A DNA stretch of 64,000 nucleotides from Paecilomyces variotii. Taxonomy: Eukaryota. The stretch lies in assembly GCA_004022145.1 (NCBI GenBank), contig RCNU01000001.1; one strand, 5' to 3'. The translations under genes and the position numbers were made by a program. Numbering within the stretch: position 1 is the stretch's first letter; the number at the start of each line of letters is the position of its first letter. Shown here piece after piece: positions 26,517 through 38,293 of the stretch. Below the pieces are notes generated by a model. It was not told where the DNA came from, made no database searches, and saw only the letters and a list, made by a program, of their open reading frames with translations.

Positions 26517-26838
26517 GATGAGCAAGGAAGCCGCTGGATGTGCTCCCAGTAAAGGACCTGTCGAGCAGACGATGGTTGTTCTTCGATCGAGTCTGACAGC
26601 GGATAACTAGTTAGTTAAGTTAATGAGGTGTAAACAATGCAGCCTTAGGCAGAGACTATTTGGCGCCTGAGGAATCAGGCAGAAGCTCTAATGCCTAATA
26701 GGGATTTCGCTTCTCGTGTAGCGCGTTTCCGCCTTCATGCTCCAGGACACGCGTTCTTCGCCTCGAACTGGCGACTATACGGGGTTATCAGGTCCTGCCG
26801 GGTATGGCTACTGTCTATGAGGTTATTTGATTGTCAAG

Positions 26839-29086
26839 ATGGCTGGCACCATCCTGTGTGTGGCCGAAAAGCCCGCCATTGCCAAGGCTGTGGCCTTGCA
26901 TTTGTCTGGAGGTGCTATGCAAACAGTGAGTGCTCTTCTATAGAGGCTTCATTGTCTCCCGTGGCTCGTGACTGTGTAGAAGGCATTGGAGCTAAAAGAT
27001 AAGCGTAGAGAAACGTTCCAGGCAGCCAGTATGTGAAGAACTATATATTTAATTTCAACTTTGGAGGCTCTTGGGGCTCGTGCTCCGTGACGATGACCAG
27101 TGTTATCGGCCATCTGATGGAGCTGGAGTTTGAGAGAAATTACAAGACATGGCTGGCGTGTCCTCCGGGAAGTCTCTTCGAGGCCCCTATTCGCGAATCA
27201 GTGTACCAGGTTTGTATGCTCATGGATGACCTGGACAAGAGGAATTGCTGATGCTGATTCGACCAATAGGATAAAGTGGCAATTGCGGAGAATATCATGA
27301 AGCAGGCGAGATATGCACAAGCTCTGTTCATCTGGACCGACTGTGATCGGGAAGGAGAGCATATTGGCACGGAAGTCCGGCGGCAGGCAAAGCTGGGAAA
27401 TTCAAGGATCCAGGTGAAACGTGCCATGTTCAGCAACACGGAGAAGGCGTATGTATCCCCCAAGTTCATGTTTCACTGTTAAAGTGGCTGTCCTAACTCC
27501 ATGTAGTCATGTTATACAAGCAGCTCGCAGACCTATTGATGTGGATGAGCGCCAGGCAAACGCTGTGGCGGCGAGGATGGAGCTAGATCTCCGAATTGGT
27601 GCTGCCTTCACACGTTTAGTGACACTGCAACTTCGACCAATGACTCCCGTGCTAGAGAATAAAATCCTCAGCTACGGTATGTACTTTAAATGTCCGCTCA
27701 GATGACGCAACTGACACTGCTACAGGGTCCTGTCAGTTTCCTACGCTCGGCTTTGTTGTCGATCGGTATCTTCGAGTGAAAAAATTCAAGCCCGAAAACT
27801 TCTGGGCTATCAAGGTCATGCACGTCCGCGATGATATCAAGGTCAACTTCAATTGGCGTCGTGTCCATCTCTTTGACAGAGCGGCAGTTACGGTGATGCT
27901 GGAGCGATGTTTGAATGCTAAGACGGCTAAAGTTACCAAGGTTAACACGAAGCCAACAAGCAAATGGAGGCCTCTTCCATTGACAACAGTGGACCTCCAA
28001 ATGATGGGAAGTAAATACTTGCGCATGAACAGTCAGAGCATTATGAAGGTACGTGTCTGCACGGTCCTCCTGAGTTGGCTATATCTGACCTCTTGTAGGT
28101 GGCAGAGGCTCTTTACACCAAGGGCTTTATCAGCTATCCGAGAACGGAGACCGACCAATTCGACAAGGCGATCGATCTGAAAAAGCTAATTGAGAAGCAA
28201 TTGCCGGATCGAGATTGGGGTGGATATGCACGGGAGTATGCTACATTTTTAACCTGTCAATGTTGTGATCCTCACTAACGTGATCCTGTCTTGCAGACTA
28301 CTGGATGGCAGATTTAGGACCCCACGGTCTGGCCGACATAACGATAAAGCACATCCTCCAATTCATCCCGTTGCCTGGGTCGATCCTAGCCGCCTCGATG
28401 CGCAGGAACGGAGCGTTTATCAGTTCGTTGTCCGTCGATTTCTCGCCTGCTGCTCCGAAGACGCGAAAGGTGAGACCTCCGAAGTTGAAATTCTGTATGG
28501 CGATGAGACTTTCCACGCAAAAGGACTCATCGTTCTGGAAAAGAACTATCTGGAGGTCTACGTTTACGATAAGTGGGAGAGCAGCCAACAACTCCCGAAC
28601 TTCCAACTCGGTGAGCAATTCGAACCCACAGAGGCCAAGATTGTCGAGGGCAAGACTACTCCGCCTAACTATCTCACTGAACCGGAACTTATTGCCTTGA
28701 TGGATGCGAATGGCATTGGCACAGACGCAACTATGGCTGAGCATATCGCTAAGATCAAAGAGCGTGAATTCGTTGCGGTCCGCTCCCGTAGGAACGGGCG
28801 TAGTTCTGTACAGGAATTTATCCCCACACGTCTAGGCATTGCGCTTGTGGAGGGTTATGATAGCGTATTCGCGGATATGCCTGATGGCCCATCTCTGAGC
28901 AAACCGTTCCTACGGAAAGAGATGGAGTTACAGATGCGCGATATCTGCGCGGGCACTAGAACTAGGCAGCAGGTTGTCGACGAGGGTTTGGATATGTACC
29001 GCGGGCTATTTATCCGTACACAGCGACGGATTCAGATGTTGAAGGATGCATGCAAGAAATATATCATTGATGGAGCTACATGCTAG
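26839..29086 (+). CDS. TOP3: DNA topoisomerase III
   Basis: ILCVAEKPAIAK, TSVIGHL, WTDCDREGEHI (TOPRIM), ELDLRIGAAFTR, SYPRTETD active site, AHPPIHP, GIGTDAT; many introns. Confidence 0.95.
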
Positions 29087-29574
29087 AAGAGAAAGAAAAG
29101 AGGGGAGGGAAGGACCAGGCTTTGATTATTCGGCGTTCGTGATGGGCTGGCTGTATCGAGACTGGAGTTTGGCCTGGTTATGGAAAAGTTATGGAAGTTA
29201 TACCCTTTACCTATCTGATTTTGGGGGGAAGGGGCGGTGCAAGTCGCGGACCATTTGACTGGAAGAACGGAAGTGAATACTAGTATTTGAGCAGAAGCAG
29301 CCCTTCTTACTTAATGGTCCTGAATCGTCAGATGCTCCATACAAGAATAACATTACTGAATCCTAGACAACTATATCAGAGATACGGAAATGCCCCGAAA
29401 TTTCAATGTCGAGAACAGATATCATCCAGCCGACTCCTTGAGAACAACATGACTAACAACCCAACATATCAGAGAAATCAAGTAACAAGCAACGGTATAA
29501 CAGGAGGAAACAGGCTTAACATGCTAAAAGGTCACAGTGGATGACCCTTTTCTCATCGAGTAGCCAGTAGCCCA

Positions 29575-32500
29575 CTATTTCTTTCTTTCACGTTTGTTTG
29601 AGGATAGACTACGAGAGAGCTCAAGGATCTCGTCATCTGTCAATTGCGGCCAAGTTGGCTTGTCTGTCGCCCATCGGCTAGCACTGAGTCCGGGTCCTTT
29701 TGTCTCAGGAGTCTCCTTGGCGGAAGAAGGCGAAGGATGTGGCGGTTCATTCTTTGCAGACTCCTTCTTACCAGGTTCTTCCTTTTCTTCTGACGTCTTT
29801 GCTGGTTTCTCAGGTTCTGCCTTCGGTGACTCTGTAGCGGCAGACATAGGAGGAGCATCAGACTTTTTCAATTTCAGCATTTGGTCAACATCTTTAGCGA
29901 CGCCACGAAGAGCCCTCTGCTCTTGTTCGAATTTCTCTTCCAACTTGCTAAGCCTAACACCGTTCCTGGAGAACCCTTCGATAATGGGATTGACCCTCCG
30001 TTCCAGGACGGTCTGCCCATGCTGCAAATTCTCAATCTTGTTTTGGGTGGCATCCAGCTTGACTCGGAGTTCCTTGAACTCCTCTTCTTGGATACTATGA
30101 GAGCCCAGAGCCGCAGTCCTGGTCATTCCGGTGGCATTGAGTTTCTCAATCTCTGACTTGGCGAATTCAATATCTGCAGCCTTGGCATGCAAGTCATCCC
30201 GGAGAGATTCGAGAGAGGTATTGCATTCGGCCAGCTTCTTTTCCATTTCTTCTTTGAGAAGCGCAATCTGCGTGGGGACCTGATCCATGGACTCCGTTCC
30301 TACGGTATCCTTCAGTTTCACCTCCATACGTTTCTGTAGCTTGACAACCTCGTCACAAAGCTTAGAGAGATTGGCTGCTAGATCATGTGCCGACTCCTTC
30401 GACTGAAACTGGGCCAATCGTGCTTCCATTTCCGCATGGAAGCTGTTGAGATCATTTTCGAGCCTGGATACCTCCTGTGCATGATATTCCGAGCTGTAGA
30501 CGTGCCTTTCCGACTCGAGGGACCCAATTCGCTTATCAAAATTAAGCAATGTTTCGTCAATATGATTGATAATAAAGTTGATATTTTCTTCTATTTCCTT
30601 GACAGACTGAGAATCTGCTTTCAAACAGATAACAGTCACGAGGTCCTGCCGCAATTGAGTAAGATCATTGTATATTTTGTTCCGCTCAAAATTACCAACT
30701 CTAACAAGGTCCTGGAAATCTTGCGCGGTTGGAAAACCCCTTATCAAGGTTTCGACCTTGTCGCTTAGGCTTTCAAATCCCTCGTTAAGTTGTTCGGCGA
30801 CACGTTTGGCTTCTCCCTCCGAGAGATTCAAGGAGTCCAACGACGATATGATTTTCGCAAAGCGTTCTTCTGTGTTCTTTTGCAACGCGTCCACGGAACT
30901 CTTGATGTCAATGAGCTCTTTCACGTGGAATTCGGTGAGCTGTTTGATGTTTTGTGTATTGGCATTCTGCAAAACTCCGGATATGTCTTCCAGTCTTCCA
31001 TTGATGTCCGTGAACTTAGAATTCAGATACGATTGCAGCTGATCCAACAGAGGCGTGTTGGCAAGTCTCGTGTTGAGCTCGCCCATCATTTCAGTTGCAG
31101 TATTCTTGAACTCGGAGATGATATCCTGGTTCTGTTGACATGATTTCTTGATGCTGTCTATTACCTGCGAGGAACTGATGTTTTGTCCCTGTTTATCTTC
31201 GCGTGGTTCACTTTCAGAGCTCCGAGCAGATGCCATCGAGACGATGTTATCAATTTTGCTGAACTTCTCCTGACACTCCATTTCCAGGCTTATGAATCTC
31301 TTTTCGCATTCTTGAAACCGGTCCCTAAGCATCGCGTCCATGCCTGGTTGGTTGGATAGAGCTGAAGGGGTAGGGTAGATGTGCTTTCTGACTTCACTCT
31401 GAAGGCTTTCGATATCTTTCTGAAGTTGGGTGATCAAGGCCTCATGATTTGGGTCAGATACTTGTGGAGTTTCCTTCGCTGCTGTCTCCAGAGGGCGACT
31501 ATCTAGATCAGATTGCAAGGCCTCAAGTCTCTTCTGGAGACCCACGATGTCTGCTTGCATTTTCTCTTCAAGTTGTTGCACGTCGTCTACCCTGGCACTA
31601 TCTTGATGGAGGCTCTGCGTGTCCTTCCGCAACTGTTCGATGTCATTCCCCAATCGAGCACAGTTCATATTGAGCTTTTCATCGAGCTGCTGGACAGATG
31701 TTGTCAAGGCCACACTAGCGGGAGCATCCAGTTTGTTCTCTACCATCTTCAGACGTTCCTCGAATAGTCTTTCGACAGCGTCAATTCTTGGCCCAAAATC
31801 TTCCTGTGGCTTCCACTGGGACTGCATAACCTGTAGTTGACCTTGAACGTTGCTCATACGATCTGCAAGGGACTTGTTCTCCTTCTGTAGACTCTGAATG
31901 TCACGCAGAGCACGTTCTAACAGAGATGTATTCTCTTCCTTTTTCAGATCGATAAGTTCCTGGATTTTTTCTTGGAAATCGTTGACGAAAACATGTGTCT
32001 GGCTCAATTTCTCCGAAGAGGCTCTGATATCCGTCAAAGGCAATTTCTCGTATCTGTCGGTCATCTCATCGATCGCCTTCAAGCATCTATTGATAGATTC
32101 CGCGCTCTTCTTGATGGGATCCGTAATCGTCTCTGGAAGAGTATCAAATACCTTGCTCTGATCTCGCTGCGAACCGTTTCGTGCATGTCCCTGGTTGGCG
32201 TTCATTGCAACTATGAACATACAAGACACTGCGACAATAATCCAAGGGAAATTGCTCGGATCATCCAGGAATGAACCCTTTCCTCGCGGTCTAGCTGGGC
32301 TGTCGATCACAGTATATATTCTGCGCTCGTAGACCTTGTCGTCTGATGCTTGCCGTGGCAGGGCCGTGAATGAGGCATTTGTAGGGGCCACAGAGGTTTC
32401 TGCCTCTGGTGGAAGAGACACGAATATGCGTCTTCCGTCTGTATATTGTCCTGCGGCCTCTTGTCCGTCACCGATGGCAGAACCATGCCGATAGGTATCG

Positions 32501-32706
32501 CCGCCCACGCGAGGGACATCATCTGGTAGAGAGTGGACGAATTCCCCGACTTGGGCGAGCACATAAATCGAAGATGTCAACTGCAAGGAACCGAAAAACC
32601 TTTCGCCGATCGTACGCGTAGGGTTTATATTCGTTCCCGGTATGCCAGCATAAAAGCCCCAGGCGTTGAAGACCGTGAAAAGCACGGCTAAAACCGGGAC
32701 TGACAT
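29575..32706 (-). CDS. Orphan 1043-aa protein: N-terminal hydrophobic segments plus very long coiled coil
   Basis: Single long ORF; hydrophobic stretches at aa ~4-22 and ~153-168; heptad-like E/K/Q/L-rich region over ~750 aa; apparent 5'UTR intron (GTATAC ~32842, GCTAAC branch, TAG ~32745). Confidence 0.8.
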   Translation of the reverse strand: MSVPVLAVLFTVFNAWGFYAGIPGTNINPTRTIGERFFGSLQLTSSIYVLAQVGEFVHSLPDDVPRVGGDTYRHGSAIGDGQEAAGQYTDGRRIFVSLPPEAETSVAPTNASFTALPRQASDDKVYERRIYTVIDSPARPRGKGSFLDDPSNFPWIIVAVSCMFIVAMNANQGHARNGSQRDQSKVFDTLPETITDPIKKSAESINRCLKAIDEMTDRYEKLPLTDIRASSEKLSQTHVFVNDFQEKIQELIDLKKEENTSLLERALRDIQSLQKENKSLADRMSNVQGQLQVMQSQWKPQEDFGPRIDAVERLFEERLKMVENKLDAPASVALTTSVQQLDEKLNMNCARLGNDIEQLRKDTQSLHQDSARVDDVQQLEEKMQADIVGLQKRLEALQSDLDSRPLETAAKETPQVSDPNHEALITQLQKDIESLQSEVRKHIYPTPSALSNQPGMDAMLRDRFQECEKRFISLEMECQEKFSKIDNIVSMASARSSESEPREDKQGQNISSSQVIDSIKKSCQQNQDIISEFKNTATEMMGELNTRLANTPLLDQLQSYLNSKFTDINGRLEDISGVLQNANTQNIKQLTEFHVKELIDIKSSVDALQKNTEERFAKIISSLDSLNLSEGEAKRVAEQLNEGFESLSDKVETLIRGFPTAQDFQDLVRVGNFERNKIYNDLTQLRQDLVTVICLKADSQSVKEIEENINFIINHIDETLLNFDKRIGSLESERHVYSSEYHAQEVSRLENDLNSFHAEMEARLAQFQSKESAHDLAANLSKLCDEVVKLQKRMEVKLKDTVGTESMDQVPTQIALLKEEMEKKLAECNTSLESLRDDLHAKAADIEFAKSEIEKLNATGMTRTAALGSHSIQEEEFKELRVKLDATQNKIENLQHGQTVLERRVNPIIEGFSRNGVRLSKLEEKFEQEQRALRGVAKDVDQMLKLKKSDAPPMSAATESPKAEPEKPAKTSEEKEEPGKKESAKNEPPHPSPSSAKETPETKGPGLSASRWATDKPTWPQLTDDEILELSRSLSSNKRERKK

Positions 32707-34867
32707 CCCGGAGCACCGAGCGAATTCAACCTATAGAGAGATGTCCTAGGAGTAGAGAATGTGTTAGCGGAGTTTTAAGAACAGACTACTCTTGTGCGAA
32801 GGAAGGATCACCTCTCTAGACACTTCGAGAAGAAGATGTATACCTGATCTGTGGCTTCTAAGGGCAATGTTTCGAAAAGACTATCCCGTAAAATATAGCT
32901 GTCGTGCCGTCTGAATAGTCTGATAAGAGTAAATTTATGGAAAGAAGGAGCTATACGCTATGCAAGTTGAGAGTTTCTTCAGCGTAGTATATGAAGAGGA
33001 TGTAAAGTTGCAGGATTAGCAGACGGTATATAAGAATAATATAGAGGAACTGCAAACCCACGGCAAGATATAGGGGACAAAGGACACCATAAAAAGAATA
33101 TACCCGTCAATCGTGGCTCAAAGGAGATAATGAAACAACATGCCCTACGAAAGATGTGTTATAGCCATACTTTGTCTGAAACCAGGCTGTAATTGCTGAA
33201 AGCAGCGTGGGCGTCAATGACAAAGGAATCCCAAGCCGATCTGTATGTTCATTGAGGTTAACATTCAATGCTGCCTAAATATAGTGGGTAGATACCGTAT
33301 GAGATAGCAAACAGTTCTCTAAATAGGTTATCAGTATCATCAGTAGCCTGGTGTTATGCTTTGAGTTACTATTGTCTGGAGTCATGGAAAAGTCTGGATT
33401 CTTACAGTATCACGTCTGCGCTGTTCTGCTTCCCTCCGCCCTGGTCCATTTGGGCGGAACCTCTATGCGACATGGGACTCCTGTCTATACTGAAATGGTT
33501 CTCAAAGACTGTAAAAAGTAAACTCCATCCTGTGTCATTCTCTTTGTCAACTGAAAGAGAGCAGTTTATAGCGCTCTGTACATGGATCAAGAGCTGATAT
33601 TCGCAGATAGAGGGAAGGTATCCGATATGGAGCCTTACATATCGTAGCTGCCCTGGTAGAAGTTATTAAATAATCGAACGACAGTTACTGTATCTAGTAG
33701 AAGTGAAATATATATTAAGCTTATTCACCATTATATAACGGAGCTGAGAGATGAAGACCTGGGAATAGCATTAAACATGAGGAGAAGAGGATAGTTATTC
33801 ACTATTCTCATTCACTGGCGAGGTTAACCATCCTGCTAATAGACTCGCATGTGTACTATCTATGACAAAGATAGTGCTGCTAATACAAGGAGGATTAAGT
33901 TCTGTATCCTAGGGAGGGAAAAATGAAGCTTTTCCTCCGTGGTATGAGTTCATTCCGGCGATCTCCATCCAATTCTTCCTCTTTGCACTGGCATAGATCC
34001 TCTTTCAAATAACTCGATATTGGTTGGCATTTGCGTTAGTGGTTTTGTCGGTTCTTCAGGGTCTCTGGTGCTCATTACTGGGCATTACCATATACCATCG
34101 TCGATCGCCGAATTTGTGAGATCCTTTGACGCTTAATTCCTGATTCGTTCGAAGGTTGGTTTCATGGATGGGCAACGAATAAGGATAGTATTTAACGTGC
34201 TCGACAGAGGTTATATCTGAAGTGAATGCCATACTGATTGCTCAGGTATGAGTCTCCGGGCTCATAACCTGTCGGGGTCTATGATCACGAACGCAAATTG
34301 AGGAATACAATCTCGATGGCTTCCGTGATGCTAGATGGGTGGAAATAGGTGGCTTCATATTGCTTGTTCTATACCCTTTGTGTAGGTTAGTAGTGGCGTT
34401 TTGCAGCTCGCCTTCAATAAAGCAGTTGGGCGCCGACATAAAAAGATTAGCCTATAGAATTTCCTGCGCTGAAATACTTGTTCGCCTGACATGCCCTATT
34501 TATGCGCCGGTGTTTACATCGAGGAAATGGGGATGTAGATCTTCTTGAACCTTGTAAACTACTGCATACTGGCCTAGGTCTACCTCGGGTCTCGATAGTG
34601 GGCAACGCCTGCTCCAGTTACTCGGACACCAAATCTAATAATTAGAGAATATGACCATTAACAAAAAAAGGCCCTTAGATGGCTTGATTGGTTGGAGACA
34701 AGGGTTGATGTAGGCTCACCATCTCTCCTGTTCCCGACTTATTTGTACCACACATAGCCATGATGCCGCTTTTGAGCCCTACTTCACTGTAAATTACATC
34801 CGTCACCCAGTTCCTCCCCTCGTCTGACTCATTCTTGTCCCAGTGATTGTATCAATTACTCCGCTCA

Positions 34868-35434
34868 ATGTATGTCTATTAAAATGAGAATGTCGTTAAA
34901 GTGAGAATTGTTGTTCACACATTAGGCTATGCTGGATAGGACAAAAGTAGAAACTACTGGGCTATATATCTTGTCCTAGTAGGCGAAACCGCATCGGTCC
35001 GCCTCAATATGTCTCTAGCCCAGGGCAGTGATGAATGAAAATGGAACTTACAGTGTTACCAGCCACGCCTATACAGTAACCAATTCCCAGCTTACCTATT
35101 TTGACTATACGGCAAGTTCTGGTGCGAAAATTGGCAACTTCATCAATTTGGTGTATCAATTGCGTCGCGAAAAATACTGTATGGCTGGATCAGGAAACAG
35201 ATGTCGATTCCGTATGTAAACCATTCACTCACTTAGATTGCAATCAGTATAGAACCTAATTGTTCACACAGTTGGACGGTTTTCCAGGATTTCGTCCATG
35301 CAAATTATATCTCAAATGCAACTGCTGCCACAGTATCTGATTTTGGGGGTCGTATACAATGTAGATATCACAAGAATGCCCAAGGCCAGATAGTCATGAT
35401 CCCAGATGCAATGGAGGTGGGACGGTTTCTGTAA
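34868..35434 (+). pseudogene. Relic of a small fungal DUF7770-like gene
   Basis: Reconstructed VRIVVHTLG..SRNYWAIYLV..SVRLNM..HAYTVTNSQLTYFDY..GCRF-like|WTVFQDF..EVGRFL*; in-frame stops TAA 34880 and TAG 34937; frameshift near 35030; intron with CTAAT..CAG ending ~35271. Confidence 0.6.
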
Positions 35435-35588
35435 ACAAGGCGGGTGGTGGAACCGTTGATGTTGGTACCTCGGTGTGTAATGGGAAAGGGAATGCAGCGA
35501 ATTTTTCGGCCTCTTTCCGAAGCTCAGTGTCATCCGCGTTTGAGCTGTCAATCCTTTAGCCTAGTCAATGATATTGATCATGGTAGAC

Positions 35589-36395
35589 TTACAAACAGTA
35601 TCTCAGATTATTTCGATAGACCCGATCCAGCATTTGGACATGACGTTCTAGTTCCTTATGACTCTCTGTCTTCGGCGACAGATTGTCCAAAGCCTCCAAG
35701 AGCTCTTGAGAAAATTCGTAATCATGTTGACGGGCAAAAAGAAGGCAGTAAGTTTCAAAAACCGTAGGGTAGAATCCTGCATGCTCCCAATCCAGAAGGC
35801 AAAAGGACCCATCAGGACACAATATGATGTTTCGACGCGTCAGATCAAGGTGGCAGAATCTGCAGTCGGACAAGTCAAAATTGAAACCTAACTCATCCTT
35901 TTCCAATAGAAAACGTTCGTTCAACCATTGATTAAGTTTAGCCATAGTGTTCAAAGTAGTGCCAGCTCCATCTTCTGAAAACAAGGAGCCGCGAGGAATG
36001 CCGCCATTTCTAGGCCCCGGTGAATCAACCGGCATTTGTTGAAAGAGATTGTGGATTGCCGTTGCTAGACGCTGAACAAGGCCAGAATGCTTATGGAATT
36101 GAATTTTCTCGAGAGATGTTCCCTCAATAAATTCCATCACAATATATCCTATATTGCGCATCCTGAAATACCGATATATCTTTGGTACCTTCAGATCACA
36201 AGCATAAGAATACTTGTAGGCAAATTCCTGGTTAGCGGTCTCTTCAGGAGTGACACTCCATCCGCATTTAACGATAACATCGTCAGAAAGTTTCGCCAGG
36301 CAACGCACGTCGGGGTCACCACTGATTATAATATCCGGGTTACGGCAACGAAAAGCAATGTCACTATCTGAAAGAGAATTGAGATTAAGGGACAT
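35589..36395 (-). CDS. Aminoglycoside phosphotransferase/choline kinase-like (APH) protein kinase-fold protein
   Basis: VIVKCG, VPKIYRY, GYIVMEFIEG, Brenner-type FCHLDLTRRNII, LLDWEHAGFYP. A GTAAGT donor at the ORF end suggests an extra 3' exon that could extend to ~35394. Confidence 0.85.
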   Translation of the reverse strand: MSLNLNSLSDSDIAFRCRNPDIIISGDPDVRCLAKLSDDVIVKCGWSVTPEETANQEFAYKYSYACDLKVPKIYRYFRMRNIGYIVMEFIEGTSLEKIQFHKHSGLVQRLATAIHNLFQQMPVDSPGPRNGGIPRGSLFSEDGAGTTLNTMAKLNQWLNERFLLEKDELGFNFDLSDCRFCHLDLTRRNIILCPDGSFCLLDWEHAGFYPTVFETYCLLFARQHDYEFSQELLEALDNLSPKTESHKELERHVQMLDRVYRNNLRYCL

Positions 36396-37700
36396 AATCC
36401 AGAATGGAACACAGCTAGACAGACATATGCGTTTCAGTGCGATGGAATAGATGATTGATGGTGATTCATTTTGTGCTTAGCAACATCCTCAGTCCGAGTT
36501 TCGAAGCACGATTTAAGTACTTAGACTATCCTGGTAGAACTAGGGCCGGAAAATCAACATTCCACCTTATTGTACTGTCCGCCTTCTTGATCCATCAAGT
36601 ATCTCCTCTCGCCAGTATCTTTTCTCGTCCATTCTGCTAATACCCCCTTTGTTGACTCTAGGAGAACCAAAATTTCCAGACTTAATCAAGGCTAACCACG
36701 TCCTTATTTTGGTTTGGCACGCGAAGACGCCCGTCACCTTCGTATAGTCCCCAGGTCTCTGCAGCCGACAGAACGAAGTAGTACACTTTACTCTGGCGCA
36801 TCCATTCACACCTAATTGGAAATCTGCACCACGGTACCTGCTCAGGATGGATCACTTGATCAAGAGCCTATGCAGTAACATCGTTTGTCGCTCGCGTTCG
36901 CAGTACCCTATTCCAAAGGACCCTACTTGGAAAGAAAGAGGAGCAGAGACAGGGATTATCCAAGGACGCAAAGAGACATATCAATGAACGGACCGCAGTA
37001 GTCCGACGGGAACGGACTCGCAAATCTTCAAGCTAGCACGCAGCTGACGTCGAATCACTGGATGGCACGCATGTCGGGATATTCTGCGTGCCTACTAGCC
37101 TTCATACGTCCCCTAGTCGCCAACTCCTGAAAGCTGACACGAGCCCCGAGAATATAGACGCCAGGGCCATGCGAGAAACTGCGGGGTTTTAAGCAAAGTG
37201 ATGGGAGCCAACAGGCCTGGGTGTTAGATGTGCTCATCTTACCGCAGTGGCTCACCCTAAAAGTACTGTATTTCTGATTATGATCCCTGTACCCTATGGT
37301 CTTTGGGCGGAGCATCATTCATTGTTACACTCTAGTACGCCCTTTCTGTTCAGCTGCGGTCGAGGGCCAGATAGTCAAATGCTAATCGGGCCCATGAATC
37401 CAGGCTGGGCAGTCATCAGCGGCGTTCTCAGTCCTCCATTTCTGGCTAAGTGTGCGCCTCCAAGCCACCAGGCGTTTGCTTCAAACCAAAGGGGTGCCGG
37501 AGTTCGGCGCCATTTCATAAGTCTCGCATCAACCGCACGGCAGGCTTGCTTCCTTGCCGTTGACGCCGCAACTTTGACAATGCTTGTGTTGAGCCAAGGG
37601 CGCCACGCGCAGTCCCACAACGGCTAGGGAAACAGTAGCGAATAGTTATCGATCTAGCAAGTAGTAAGCAGAAACTTATGCAGTATAAAAACGTGAGAGC

Positions 37701-37849
37701 GTGGAGAATCTGGGGAAACATGGAGATAATCTGGGGTCTGAAGGCGTGGAGAAAAGGAGACTGGGGAAGAGGACTCCCCGATGACGAAAACTGCGGTGAT
37801 CGATAGCCGCGATCAGGAGACTAGAGCCGGGATGAAACTGGATCTGGGG
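37701..37849 (+). promoter_or_regulatory. Cluster of six CreA/Mig1-type SYGGRG sites
   Basis: GTGGAG 37701, CTGGGG 37710, CTGGGG 37731, GTGGAG 37746, CTGGGG 37761, CTGGGG 37844, all on the same strand, upstream of a sugar transporter. Confidence 0.55.
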
Positions 37850-38293
37850 CTCTAAGCGCTGGATAGGGTTGCGATACGCTCTGTCCTATATGGATGGCGG
37901 TTGGATTCCGACATCGAACTGCCTCAACCCCGGAGACGACGAAAGAAGCTTGCTCCAAGATCCCGTCTTTTGCTGCCACTCCTACCGAGATCAGTCTCCA
38001 CATCTGTCCCAAAGAAATCTTCTATTGGACTCGCAATCTTTCCGTACACATGGGCACTTCTATGTCGCATTTGTCCCTTGCTCAACCCTTTCATTGAGAG
38101 TTCCGCTTCTCAGAGAGCTTTTATCCCGCAGAATAGAGTTCCCCCACACATGCTAGTTGTCTAGGTGTGAGGAATGCCTCGTATCATTTGCCTTTGGATG
38201 CACTGAGTGAGGTGCTCATCCTATAGGGATGCCGCATCACTGGCTGAACATGGATTGATATGTTTGATTAAACTGGCAATTGCTTTCCCTTAG

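Noticed and set aside
33400-33900. Possible BTB-domain gene relic on the minus strand (THASLLAG..VRLFNNFYQGSYD)
   Set aside because: Only two short motif-like fragments separated by stops; not supportable without a profile search.
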